From: a bacterium
GTDB lineage: Bacteria > UBA10199 > 2-02-FULL-50-16 > JAJFLM01
Reading direction: 5' to 3'
DNA length: 64,000 nucleotides
NCBI GenBank assembly: GCA_965216315.1
Contig: CBDCFN010000016.1
Location: 352,001-416,000, forward strand
Below are positions 16,233 through 25,468 of the stretch, piece by piece. Under the pieces are notes generated by a model. The model made no database searches. It worked only from the letters and a program-made list of their open reading frames with translations, and was not told where the DNA came from. Each line of letters starts with the position of its first letter. The stretch's first letter is position 1. A program made the translations under genes and the position numbers.

Positions 16233-18038
16233 ATGGAACTTTATCTTTCACATAGCGACTTACCGATCGTCCTGACCAGGCCGGGGCTGTTTGAGGTCCC
16301 TGTCGCAACGGTGGGTTCAGTCCAAACGGGTGGGACGCAGCCGACGGCGCCTGATGCAACGGTTGCGCAAGGAACGACGATCCCGACGGACGGGACGAAT
16401 GCCGGTCAATTGACGGTTCGCCGCGACACGGCCTGGCCGGAAGTTGGCAACGGTTCGGGACAGCTAGGTGTTCGTTATCGAGATGCTAGTGGTGCATGGC
16501 ACGACCTGCCAGGCTCTGCCATCACGCGGGGGGGCACCGACAATAGAGACCTGACGATTACCTTTCCGGAAACAGCTCGTACCGGGAACGTCGCTTACGA
16601 AATTTTTACAGGTTCGGGTGGATCCCGCACGTATCTCGCCGATGGAACGGCTCCCTTTGCGACGCGGACGGCGACAGATGGCGACGGGACGGCGCGTCCC
16701 GGGCAGACTCAGAGCCCTCCGACGAATGAGGCGCTTGGCTCTGTCGGTGGCGGTACGGGTGAAGACACACGGACCGCACTCAATACCTATGCGACCAATT
16801 TTGAGACCACGACAGGTCCCAACGCGATGCGTTCAATTTTTAATCTCGGGAGCGGTGTCGAATATTGGTCGAGTGGGACGACTTTAAATCCCGCTAATTT
16901 TGATCAAGCCGTGACGGACATGACTGCAGGTCGGGATCGGGTTCAAGCCCTGCGTGATACCGCGGTGTCCGATTTGGGCACGGCGACGACGGAGCTACAG
17001 CGTTTGGAAAATCTCCCGGCTGGCGAAAGACCTGCTGACTATGATACCCAATTATCAGCTGCTCGGACACGGGTTGAGACTTTGCGCACGCAGGTCCGGC
17101 AATATAGCGATTCTTTTGACGCGCATGTGCGTGGTCTGGGCCGAGCCTCTTCTTTCCGTACTATTTATGACGAATTCAGAACCGCACGGACGGCATTGGA
17201 TGGTGGTGATCCGACGCAAATGAGAGATTTTAGACAGCGCTATGATCGTCGTACGGTTGCGTCGTTAGGCAATGGGACCGTGATGGCAGGCATTACAAGC
17301 GGTAATTACACTGGCGAGCAGATCAATGCGGCGCGTACCGAAGTCAATCGGCCGGCCGGCGGTGGCAACGGCGGTGCCGGGACCCAGAGCGCCGGTTTCA
17401 CTAATACCGTCCACGGTATTAACCAAGGCATTAACGCCGTTGCAGGGACTGTCCACAGTGCGGCGAACGTGACGGATGCCCTCGGGCGTCTCACCCGTTC
17501 GTCAGCCAGCATTCCGCCGAACAGCGGCTTTGGCTATGGCGGTTTCGGTGGCGGCTATGGTTTCGGGGGTGGCTTTGGTTTCGGCGGTTTCGGACCGATG
17601 GGAATGATGGGACCGGTGGGTCAGCAAGACCAGCGTGAAGAATCTCGCAAGATCACGATGTTGTTGCAGATGTTGATGCATGCCATCCAGGCGGGGAATA
17701 CGGATGCGATCGGTACGGCCCTGACCTTCATCGCGATGCGCGGTAAAAAGACCTTGTTACAGGCGGCGGCACGCACCGTGCGGGCGATGGAATCTTTTGA
17801 GCGGCAGCAGCAGACGATCAATAATCAGATGGCCAACCTCAATGCCGAGGGCAATCGGAATTATCAGTCGCAGATGATGACCCTGACCAACGACATGAAC
17901 GTCTATTCTTCGAATCGTCAGGCCATCGTCAACTTCCTGCGGGACGTCAAAGGGATGGTCGATGAGCTCGATAATATGGATAAGAGCTGGCGCGATGTGG
18001 CGATCAGACAGCAGACGTCGTTGACTCGATTTGCCTAA
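16233..18038 (+). CDS. Putative T3SS-secreted protein, paralogue B2, with Gly/aromatic stretch
   Basis: Shared N- and C-terminal motifs with B1; GFGYGGFGGGYGFGGGFGFGGFG at 17526-17594. Confidence 0.6.
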   Translation: MELYLSHSDLPIVLTRPGLFEVPVATVGSVQTGGTQPTAPDATVAQGTTIPTDGTNAGQLTVRRDTAWPEVGNGSGQLGVRYRDASGAWHDLPGSAITRGGTDNRDLTITFPETARTGNVAYEIFTGSGGSRTYLADGTAPFATRTATDGDGTARPGQTQSPPTNEALGSVGGGTGEDTRTALNTYATNFETTTGPNAMRSIFNLGSGVEYWSSGTTLNPANFDQAVTDMTAGRDRVQALRDTAVSDLGTATTELQRLENLPAGERPADYDTQLSAARTRVETLRTQVRQYSDSFDAHVRGLGRASSFRTIYDEFRTARTALDGGDPTQMRDFRQRYDRRTVASLGNGTVMAGITSGNYTGEQINAARTEVNRPAGGGNGGAGTQSAGFTNTVHGINQGINAVAGTVHSAANVTDALGRLTRSSASIPPNSGFGYGGFGGGYGFGGGFGFGGFGPMGMMGPVGQQDQREESRKITMLLQMLMHAIQAGNTDAIGTALTFIAMRGKKTLLQAAARTVRAMESFERQQQTINNQMANLNAEGNRNYQSQMMTLTNDMNVYSSNRQAIVNFLRDVKGMVDELDNMDKSWRDVAIRQQTSLTRFA

Positions 18039-18066
18039 TTTTTGACCGAAAAAATGGAATTTTTAG

Positions 18067-18096
18067 AGGGTGGACCGGGTGTCCGCCCTTTTTTTT
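18067..18096 (+). terminator. Rho-independent terminator
   Basis: AGGGTGGAC-CGGGT-GTCCGCCCT plus T run. Confidence 0.75.
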
Positions 18097-18165
18097 GGCA
18101 AAAAACCCAAGGATTATTAGAACTTGTACGGCTCAGACGAAAATGTTATTTTATATCCAGAGGTT

Positions 18166-18810
18166 ATGGATTCGATGGCAAATCCGAAGGATACCGGTGT
18201 ACCCGAGAATCCCGCACCTGAAGGGGCAGAGGCCGGCCCGGAGGAGGTCTCCTTTGATGAGCTCGCCAATCAACTCGAGGCGGAGCTCAAAAAGGTGCCC
18301 CCCCAAAAGCTGGCAGAGGCCCAGAAGCAGGTAGCGGATTTTCTGGGGGGCGACCTGAAATGGGCCGATCTCGCCGATTGGACCCCCGAGAAGCTGCATG
18401 AGACCGCCAAGGAGGGCTACGCCCAATACGAGGCCGCCCAGTACGACCAGGCGGAGATCATTTTTAAGGGGCTGACCGTGCTGGATCCGGACAATTTCTA
18501 CTATCACCAGATGCTCGGGGCGTGTTTTCAGCAACAGAAGAAATTCGCCGAATCCATCGTCGAGTATTCAATCGCGGTCGATCTCAAGCCCGACGATATC
18601 ACCTCTTTTACCAACCGGGGCGAGGTCTACTATGAGCTCAAGCTCTGGGATCTGGCCGAACGGGATTTTAATGAGGCGATCCGCCTCGATACGACCGGAG
18701 GGGACCGCTGGGCCAATCGCTCCCGGCTGTTGTTGAAAAAGCTGGCGGGACTGCGTAGTACGCAACCCGTTGGGGCCTCTGAGCCGAAAATAGAAGCAGG
18801 AGATAAGTAA
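18166..18810 (+). CDS. TPR protein, SycD/LcrH (class II T3SS chaperone)-like
   Basis: GYAQYEAAQYDQAEIIFKGLTVLDP, LGACFQQQKKFAES; three TPRs. Start 18166 or 18175. Confidence 0.75.
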   Translation: MDSMANPKDTGVPENPAPEGAEAGPEEVSFDELANQLEAELKKVPPQKLAEAQKQVADFLGGDLKWADLADWTPEKLHETAKEGYAQYEAAQYDQAEIIFKGLTVLDPDNFYYHQMLGACFQQQKKFAESIVEYSIAVDLKPDDITSFTNRGEVYYELKLWDLAERDFNEAIRLDTTGGDRWANRSRLLLKKLAGLRSTQPVGASEPKIEAGDK

Positions 18811-18813
18811 TTT

Positions 18814-19710
18814 ATGGCCATTGATATGCCAGGCATGCAGACCGGCGCTTCCGATGTGAGGACGCAGACGCCCCCTGTCGTGACGGAGGGGCTCCTTAGC
18901 GGTCAGGTCGCCCAGGAGATCCGTCAGCTGCTCAAGACGGACGTGACGGCCACCGATATGCTGGCCTATCTCTCGCAGCAAGCGACGCGCCTGGCCGATC
19001 TCCAGTCACCGCCTTCGATCAAGGCGATGTCCGCGGACATCCCGCCGCCGCCGGAAGATAGCCCGCTTTGGAATGAATCGGATCCGTCGATGCAGGTCTC
19101 CGATGTGGAGCTGCAGGCCCTTGATGAGTTTACCCAACAGATGGCGGGCATTGCCTCGGAAGGGGGCGATGCGAATGACGCCTGGCTCAACGGGGCGGAT
19201 AGCATCCTCGATAAACTCAAAGAACAATACGGGGATCCGCAGATGGCCATCGGTGACGGCGAGATGACCGGTGGGATCTGGGACTGGATGATGACCGGTG
19301 AAGTCAGTCGTGAGGCCGCTGAGGTCGATGACAGATGGCGTACCCTGATTCAGTCGTTGCTGGCGGATCCCAAGGCCAGTGCGGTTGATGTGCTGATGGC
19401 GATGGGCCAATATTTAACGGAGAAAAACGGGAAGGGACTGACCGAGGCCTTCAAGCTGTTTCACAATAAAGAAGTCGCTTATCAAGAGAATATGGCGGAG
19501 CTGGGCCTGGGCGAAAAGGCCCTCAATCCGACGGAGATGATGCAGGCGCAGGAAGAGATGCGCCAGTTTGGGATGGACTCCCAGATGGGGATGCAGGTGA
19601 TCCAGCAGTTCCGTCAGGACATCGACCGGACGCAGAACTACGTGAAGTCTTCCGCGACGGCGGTTCATCAGACGCTCCGAGCCATGATCCAAAACTACGC
19701 GTTACGATAA
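18814..19710 (+). CDS. Putative T3SS-secreted filament/tip-like helical protein
   Basis: Lies between two TPR chaperones; Met/Gln-rich C-terminal helix ending AVHQTLRAMIQNY, reminiscent of EspA/Bsp22-type termini. Confidence 0.45.
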   Translation: MAIDMPGMQTGASDVRTQTPPVVTEGLLSGQVAQEIRQLLKTDVTATDMLAYLSQQATRLADLQSPPSIKAMSADIPPPPEDSPLWNESDPSMQVSDVELQALDEFTQQMAGIASEGGDANDAWLNGADSILDKLKEQYGDPQMAIGDGEMTGGIWDWMMTGEVSREAAEVDDRWRTLIQSLLADPKASAVDVLMAMGQYLTEKNGKGLTEAFKLFHNKEVAYQENMAELGLGEKALNPTEMMQAQEEMRQFGMDSQMGMQVIQQFRQDIDRTQNYVKSSATAVHQTLRAMIQNYALR

Positions 19711-19761
19711 GTGGGGGAGACGCGTTAGGGTGGCGCGTGAGTTGATACGGGTCGAACTATC

Positions 19762-20364
19762 ATGGATGAGACGTATACGAGGGGTCAAAAGACGACAACG
19801 CGGGAACAGGACCCTAATCCTGACCGGGTAAAACATCTCGCCGAACTCCTTCATCGATTTGCCACCAATAAAATCAGTCTGGCCGATATCGCGCGCCTGC
19901 CGCGCAAAGAATTGCGACGCATGACCGAGATCGGTCATACCAAGCTCAAATACGGTCGTTACAAAGAGGCCTTAGAGATCTTTTCGATGCTCGCCAAGGT
20001 CGACCACAAAAACTATTATTATCGTTCCGCTCTCGGTGGTGTGTATCAGAAGATGAAAAAATGGATCGAGTCCCTGGCGAGTTATACGATTGCCCTCAAA
20101 CTCAATAAGAATGATACCGCCAGCCTCGTCAATCGCGGGGAGATTTTTTTGCGTCATGACAAGTTCAAGCGGGCCGCGGAAGATTTTCGTCGCGCCATCC
20201 TGACGGACAAGGCGGGAAAAAACCTATGGGCGAATCGGGCCCGCTCTTTGGTGATTGCGCTCAAGCGCAGCGTGGAAGCCAAGAAAAATGTGAAGAAAGC
20301 CACCCGGCCCGCCTTGCCGGCATCACGTAAGCCGGTGCCGCGGAGTGCGGGAAGAAGAAGGTAA
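19762..20364 (+). CDS. Second SycD/LcrH-like TPR protein (basic)
   Basis: GRYKEALEIFSMLAKVDHKNYYY, NRGE, and WANRAR shared with the first TPR protein. Confidence 0.7.
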   Translation: MDETYTRGQKTTTREQDPNPDRVKHLAELLHRFATNKISLADIARLPRKELRRMTEIGHTKLKYGRYKEALEIFSMLAKVDHKNYYYRSALGGVYQKMKKWIESLASYTIALKLNKNDTASLVNRGEIFLRHDKFKRAAEDFRRAILTDKAGKNLWANRARSLVIALKRSVEAKKNVKKATRPALPASRKPVPRSAGRRR

Positions 20365-20370
20365 GAAATT

Positions 20371-20408
20371 TATCTCCCCCTTTACAAAGGGAGGGACTCT
20401 AAGTGGGA
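20371..20408. repeat. Degenerate REP-like palindrome between convergent genes
   Basis: TATCTCCCCCTTTACAAAGGGAGGGACT resembles the reverse complement of 32531-32569. Confidence 0.65.
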
Positions 20409-20421
20409 CAGTTGACGCTCT

Positions 20422-21819
20422 TTAATCGTTGTCGTTGAGGATCCCATATTTCTTGAGCAGATTGCGGATGTGCTTCCGGTCGATTCCAGCCTCGCGGGCG
20501 GTCTTGGAGATGTTGTAATTGTTGCGCCGGAGCAGGGCGGCCAGATAGTCCCGTTCAAAGGATTCGACGATCTTTTGCTTGGCCTCTTTGAAGGGCAGGC
20601 CGAGATCGACCTCCGGGAGTTTTTCAGTGACCTCGTCTTCTTCACGTTCCAACTCTTGAAAGACATAGGCTAAGTCCTGACCTTTGACGGAATCCCCGTT
20701 GACTAAGGGGACGACGCGCGAGAGGACGTTGACGAGTTCCCGGACGTTTCCCGGCCATTGATAACGAGTGAGCATCTTGAGGGCGTCATCTTCCACGCGC
20801 GTGACATGAAGGCTGCCATCGGGATTGCGATTGAAATCCCCCTCGGACAAGAAACGTTCGACCAGCATTTCGATGTCATCAGGGCGTTCGCGCAAGGGCG
20901 GAATGAAAATTTTGACGACGGAGAGCCGATAATAGAGATCCTCGCGAAAATTGCTATCAGCGACTTCTTTGCGCAGATTGCGATTGGTCGCGCAGAGCAC
21001 GCGGACATCAATGCTCACCGTATCGTTAGAACCGACCTTTTTGATTTGGCGTTGCTCTAAGGCGCGCAGCAGTTTCGGTTGCAGGTCCATGGAGAGTTCG
21101 CCGATTTCATCGAGAAAGATCGTCCCTCCAGTGGCTTCCTCAAAGGCCCCTTTGCGGGTCGACACGGCCCCGGTAAATGAACCTTTCATATGACCAAAGA
21201 GTTCCGATTCGATCAAATTTTCGGCCACGGCCGAACAATCGAAGACGACAAAGGGTTTATCTTTGCGGGGACTGTTGTCATGGATGGAGCGGGCAACGAC
21301 TTCTTTACCGACACCGGTTTCCCCTTCGATAATAACCGTCGCATTGGTAGGCGAGATCCGACTGAGGAGGCCGAAGATCTGGCGCATGCGCCGTGACCGG
21401 CCGATTAAACGCCCGAATTCGGTTTTTTCCGAGGGCTCCACCTGAACCTTTTCATCGAAAGCAATAAATTCAATGCGGGAGTTGCCGATGCGAATAATAT
21501 CGCCGGGGGCGAGATAGGCTTCTTTGACCCGCGTTTCGTTAATAAACGTGCCGTTAGTGCTCTCGAGATCTCTTAATAGAAAACTGTCTTCTTCCGGTAC
21601 GATTTCAAAGTGAGTCCGCGAGACCGCTCGGTCCTCGATGGCGAGTCCATTGTCCTCTTTTTTGCCGATCGTGATACGGTTGTCTTTAAGGTCCATCTTG
21701 CGGCCTTTGCTGGTCCCTTCAACGACTACGAGCTGGCATTTACGGAGACTGACGACATCCTTGTTTTCGTCGAGTCGTAAGAGTTGGGTATCACTCTCTA
21801 AGATTTCATTTTGCGCCAT
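20422..21819 (-). CDS. FHA-domain sigma54-dependent enhancer-binding protein (Fis-type HTH)
   Basis: FHA (VSRTH, STNGT), [39 protein letters not shown]-terminal HTH. Confidence 0.93.
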   Translation of the reverse strand: MAQNEILESDTQLLRLDENKDVVSLRKCQLVVVEGTSKGRKMDLKDNRITIGKKEDNGLAIEDRAVSRTHFEIVPEEDSFLLRDLESTNGTFINETRVKEAYLAPGDIIRIGNSRIEFIAFDEKVQVEPSEKTEFGRLIGRSRRMRQIFGLLSRISPTNATVIIEGETGVGKEVVARSIHDNSPRKDKPFVVFDCSAVAENLIESELFGHMKGSFTGAVSTRKGAFEEATGGTIFLDEIGELSMDLQPKLLRALEQRQIKKVGSNDTVSIDVRVLCATNRNLRKEVADSNFREDLYYRLSVVKIFIPPLRERPDDIEMLVERFLSEGDFNRNPDGSLHVTRVEDDALKMLTRYQWPGNVRELVNVLSRVVPLVNGDSVKGQDLAYVFQELEREEDEVTEKLPEVDLGLPFKEAKQKIVESFERDYLAALLRRNNYNISKTAREAGIDRKHIRNLLKKYGILNDND

Positions 21820-21838
21820 GCTGACTCCTTAACTTCAT

Positions 21839-24496
21839 TTAATTTTTTTGTAGCCGAACGTTATAACGTTTGTTTTTTTCGCGGCTCATATCGACGGATG
21901 TGGACCAAGGACGGAACCCGTTCATCTCCACGCGCAAGCTGTGTGAACGGTTGCGTGGGACCTTGCGAATCGTTACGGGAGTTCGGGCCCCGATGCGATT
22001 GCCATCAAAAATAACATCGGCTCGTGGGGGGATGGTTTCGACCTTGATCTCTCCAAACATGCCTTCTAATTTGATCGTACCTAAACTTTTCTTTTTGCCC
22101 CCCTGGAGGCTTACGCTTGATGAATGCTGCATAAATCCATCCTTACGCAGCATTACCGAGGCGCTTCCCGGACGGAGTCCGCTCACGGTGATCGGTGTCT
22201 TTCCTTTATACTCGGAGTTGACATAGACCTCGGCGCCGGAAGGGCTTGATCTAATCGACAGACTGGCCGGACGTCCTGAAGCGACGGGTTTGGGTGCCGG
22301 CGGCGGCGTATAGCGTGGCTCGGGTTTGGGCTCCGGCGGCGGAGTATATCTTGGTTCAGGCTTGGGTTTGGGCGTGGGCTTGGCCTCGCGAATCGGCTTT
22401 TCGACCGGCTTCGGTTTGGGTTTGGGCTCAGGTATTGCTTTGCCCTTGTCTAATGAGGCGATGAGCTTGTCGCCGGATTCTTGTTCGACCTTGACGCTCT
22501 TGGTGAAGACCTCATAGCCGCCTTTTTCCAGCTTGATCGTGTAAAACTTATCCAGCTCAAGGTTGTCGAGTTGGGTCGGGGTCACGCGCCCCGTATCCTT
22601 GCCATTTAAGAAGACCTTGGCCGCCCCCGGCTTGGAACGAACCACTAAAGAACCGAGCTTGGGAGGCGGAGGGGGCTCGGGTTTCTCTTCGAGCTTCGGA
22701 AGCTCAGGAAGTTTAGTCAAGGTAGCGCGGATATTGACCGGATTGAAATTGGCGATAGGAACCGTGCTGGCCCAATCACCGTAACCTTCCTTCTTTAAGT
22801 GAATCGCATAATCTTTTTTGATCTCAAGCTCGCCGATATCGGTTGGCGTGACCTTGCCCGTCTCTTTGCCGTTAAGCAGGATCGCGGCGCCGGGCGGATC
22901 CGATGAGATCTTGAGCATTCCTTCCGCGAGGGCCTGAAGGCTGACATGAACCTTGACGGGTTCTTCCGTCACGAGCGCGACGGTTTTTTCGTAGGGCTTA
23001 TAGTGTTCTCTTTCAATTGAGACTTTGTAGTCATCGCCAAGTGATAAGCGGCTTAAGGTCGCCGGTGTTGTTTTGCCGATGTTTTTTCCATTGAGCAGTA
23101 TCGTTGAATTAGAGGGTTCCGAGCTGACAATGATTGAGCCGTAATCAGCGAGGGGCGGCTTGGGTTCGGGCGGTTCGACGGGCTTTACGGGTTTGTCCGG
23201 GACTGTCGGTCCGACGAGTTCTTCCCAGAGCCCGCTGACTTTGTCGCCGATACCGAATTGGGACCAACTCAGATACCCGGCCGCGCCCAGTGCGAGGAAG
23301 ACGGCCAATATCATCCAGGGTCGCCTTCTTTTCGCCTGCTTGCGGACGATGGTGGGTTCGGGGACCGGAATGGCGCCGGCTTGGGTGGATTCATCGGTGA
23401 CGGATGATTCTTCATCAATTCCGATGTCAGTGCCCGTTCCGGCGTCTTTAATGCCGGCTTCCGTTCCCTGGCCTTCGTCCCCAACGAGGCTTTCACCGGT
23501 GCTGGCCTTGATCAGCAGTGAACGTGTTTTGTCGTCGACATGAGGTCCGCTCTCCTCGGTTGCTTTCATTTCTTTGTCAAAATAGTTTCGGACAAGAGAG
23601 GCGAGGTTGCGCGGTGAAAAATCGATGTACGAGGAATAAAGATATTTAGTGAGTTCGAGATGAAGGTCACCCGCCGTGGCGTAACGGTCCTTGGCATTGA
23701 AGGAAAGGGCCTTGGCGAGTATGGCTTTCAGCGGCCCGGGGATATCATCCGGCAGGTCCATTGTGTTGACGCGGGTCGTGCGGATTTTATTCAATACTTC
23801 AAATTGAGTCTCTCCGGTGTAGAATTTTTCGCCGGTCAACATTTCATAGAGAACGAGGCCTGCCGAGTAGATATCAGTCCGCCCATCGAGCGGTTTGCCG
23901 AGGGCTTGTTCGGGTGACATGTAAGCGATTTTGCCCTTCAGGACGCCGGCCATCGTGTGAGAGACGTTGAGTGCCGCTTTGGCGATTCCGAAGTCGACAA
24001 TCTTGACCTCGCCTTCATAGGAAATGAGGATATTTTGCGGGTTGATATCGCGGTGGACAATATTAAGCTGCTGGCCGTCGGGGCTCGATTTGCGATGGGC
24101 ATAATCAAGGCCCTTACACATTTCACTGACAGCATACACGGCAAGGTCTTCCGGCATCTTGCCCTCGTCGGAGGTCACCCGCCGGATAAGCTCGCGCAGA
24201 TTGGTGCCATGAATGAATTCCATAGAGATGTAGTAGTCATCACCGACTTTACCGAGGTCATAGACTTGAACGATATTGGCGTGCGAAAGCAGAACCGTTA
24301 GCTTGGCTTCATCAACCAGCATCGTGATGAAGTCTTTGTCGGCAGCGCAATGAGGGAGTATTCGTTTGATGGCGAGTAGCTTTTCAAAGCCGTCGACACC
24401 ATAAGTTTTGGCCTTGTAGATCTCGGCCATGCCGCCCACGGCAAGTTTGTCGATCAGCAGATAGCGCCCAAACTGTTTCGGTTCAAAATCGCTCAT
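21839..24496 (-). CDS. Membrane Hanks-type Ser/Thr kinase with multiple PEGA domains
   Basis: GGMAEIY, AIK, HRDINPQN, DFG, YMSPEQ; one TM helix; repeated S.P.GA.V.LNG...G.TP PEGA units; duplicated PEPRYTPPP. Confidence 0.93.
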   Translation of the reverse strand: MSDFEPKQFGRYLLIDKLAVGGMAEIYKAKTYGVDGFEKLLAIKRILPHCAADKDFITMLVDEAKLTVLLSHANIVQVYDLGKVGDDYYISMEFIHGTNLRELIRRVTSDEGKMPEDLAVYAVSEMCKGLDYAHRKSSPDGQQLNIVHRDINPQNILISYEGEVKIVDFGIAKAALNVSHTMAGVLKGKIAYMSPEQALGKPLDGRTDIYSAGLVLYEMLTGEKFYTGETQFEVLNKIRTTRVNTMDLPDDIPGPLKAILAKALSFNAKDRYATAGDLHLELTKYLYSSYIDFSPRNLASLVRNYFDKEMKATEESGPHVDDKTRSLLIKASTGESLVGDEGQGTEAGIKDAGTGTDIGIDEESSVTDESTQAGAIPVPEPTIVRKQAKRRRPWMILAVFLALGAAGYLSWSQFGIGDKVSGLWEELVGPTVPDKPVKPVEPPEPKPPLADYGSIIVSSEPSNSTILLNGKNIGKTTPATLSRLSLGDDYKVSIEREHYKPYEKTVALVTEEPVKVHVSLQALAEGMLKISSDPPGAAILLNGKETGKVTPTDIGELEIKKDYAIHLKKEGYGDWASTVPIANFNPVNIRATLTKLPELPKLEEKPEPPPPPKLGSLVVRSKPGAAKVFLNGKDTGRVTPTQLDNLELDKFYTIKLEKGGYEVFTKSVKVEQESGDKLIASLDKGKAIPEPKPKPKPVEKPIREAKPTPKPKPEPRYTPPPEPKPEPRYTPPPAPKPVASGRPASLSIRSSPSGAEVYVNSEYKGKTPITVSGLRPGSASVMLRKDGFMQHSSSVSLQGGKKKSLGTIKLEGMFGEIKVETIPPRADVIFDGNRIGARTPVTIRKVPRNRSHSLRVEMNGFRPWSTSVDMSREKNKRYNVRLQKN

Positions 24497-24936
24497 AAAA
24501 AGGCCCTAATAACGAATGAAAGCGCGATGACGATGCCGACAATTGCAAAAAAATAGAGGCCAATCGTGCCCCATTGATAGTGGCGATTGTCGTCAAGAAA
24601 GCCCACGGCTCTTAAAAAAGTTATGGTCGTTGAAGTCGTGACTTCTTCGATAGTCGTTTCCTCTGCGGTCACTTCAATGGGCTCATCTGTCTTGGCCGAG
24701 ACGCTCTCTTCCTCATGGGTTGCTGCCGGACGTTTATCCCAAAGTGACGGATGGTGCTGGCCTCCGGCGTCTTTGTCTCCGGTCCATTTTTTAAAGTCGA
24801 GTTTGGGGGCAAACTCATCGTGCTCTTCTTGTTCTTCTTGTTTTTGTTTTCCCCCGCCACCATGCTCGTCTGAAGTGTCCTCCTTGCGAAGGACTTTCAT
24901 GGCGTCTGATTCGACCTTTGGGATACGATCGACCAT
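24493..24936 (-). CDS. Hypothetical acidic protein with C-terminal TM anchor, coupled to the kinase gene
   Basis: GGAG RBS before ATG 24936; its stop overlaps the kinase start. Confidence 0.65.
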   Translation of the reverse strand: MVDRIPKVESDAMKVLRKEDTSDEHGGGGKQKQEEQEEHDEFAPKLDFKKWTGDKDAGGQHHPSLWDKRPAATHEEESVSAKTDEPIEVTAEETTIEEVTTSTTITFLRAVGFLDDNRHYQWGTIGLYFFAIVGIVIALSFVIRAFL

Positions 24937-25155
24937 TGCTACTCCGTAAATTCTCCGTTCTACTGCGAATTTACTTCGCACCTCAGGAGACCTGAGGTTT
25001 GACAATTCTGCTCCACAAATTCTGAACTCTAATTCATTCCCTCGGTGGCCCCGTGCTTGCATAAGATGTCCAACTGGGGACTTAGCTCTACGGGGACTAC
25101 AGACCCCATTTTAGAGATTTGTGAGACCGTTGTCTATAGGGATGTTCGTGCGGGA

Positions 25156-25467
25156 TTAGGGGGCGAGCAGGTCCCTGGCGACGTCGAAGAGAATGCCAAC
25201 CACGATCGTATCGAGCAGTATCAAGGCGAAAAAGACGAGCAGCGGGGCAAAATCGATGCCAGTACGATAAAGGGCTCGGGGCAAAATACGTCGGGCCTGG
25301 CGAAAGGCCGGTTCGGTCAGCTGACGCAGAATGCGGACAATCTGGTTGGAGGGGTCTGCATTGACCCAGGAGATGATCACGGCGGCCGCGACGACAAAGG
25401 TATAGATATTGATCAGCAGGCTTAAGAGTCGGGCGATAGCGAGGAGGATATATCCGAGCGCGGCCAT
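25156..25467 (-). CDS. yggT: YggT family membrane protein
   Basis: IISWV..DP, LTEP, IDFAPL; yggS-proC-yggT synteny. Confidence 0.9.
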   Translation of the reverse strand: MAALGYILLAIARLLSLLINIYTFVVAAAVIISWVNADPSNQIVRILRQLTEPAFRQARRILPRALYRTGIDFAPLLVFFALILLDTIVVGILFDVARDLLAP

Positions 25468-25468
25468 T

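Noticed and set aside
10938..18038. Calling the paralogues flagellins or canonical SctE/SctB translocators
   Set aside because: No flagellin N-/C-terminal signatures and no long hydrophobic TM helices were recognised.
24937..25062. N-terminal extension of ORF 24493..25062
   Set aside because: ATG 24936 has a good RBS and the extension covers probable regulatory DNA. Similar over-long starts at 867, 35996, 39779, 44484 and 53620 were trimmed.
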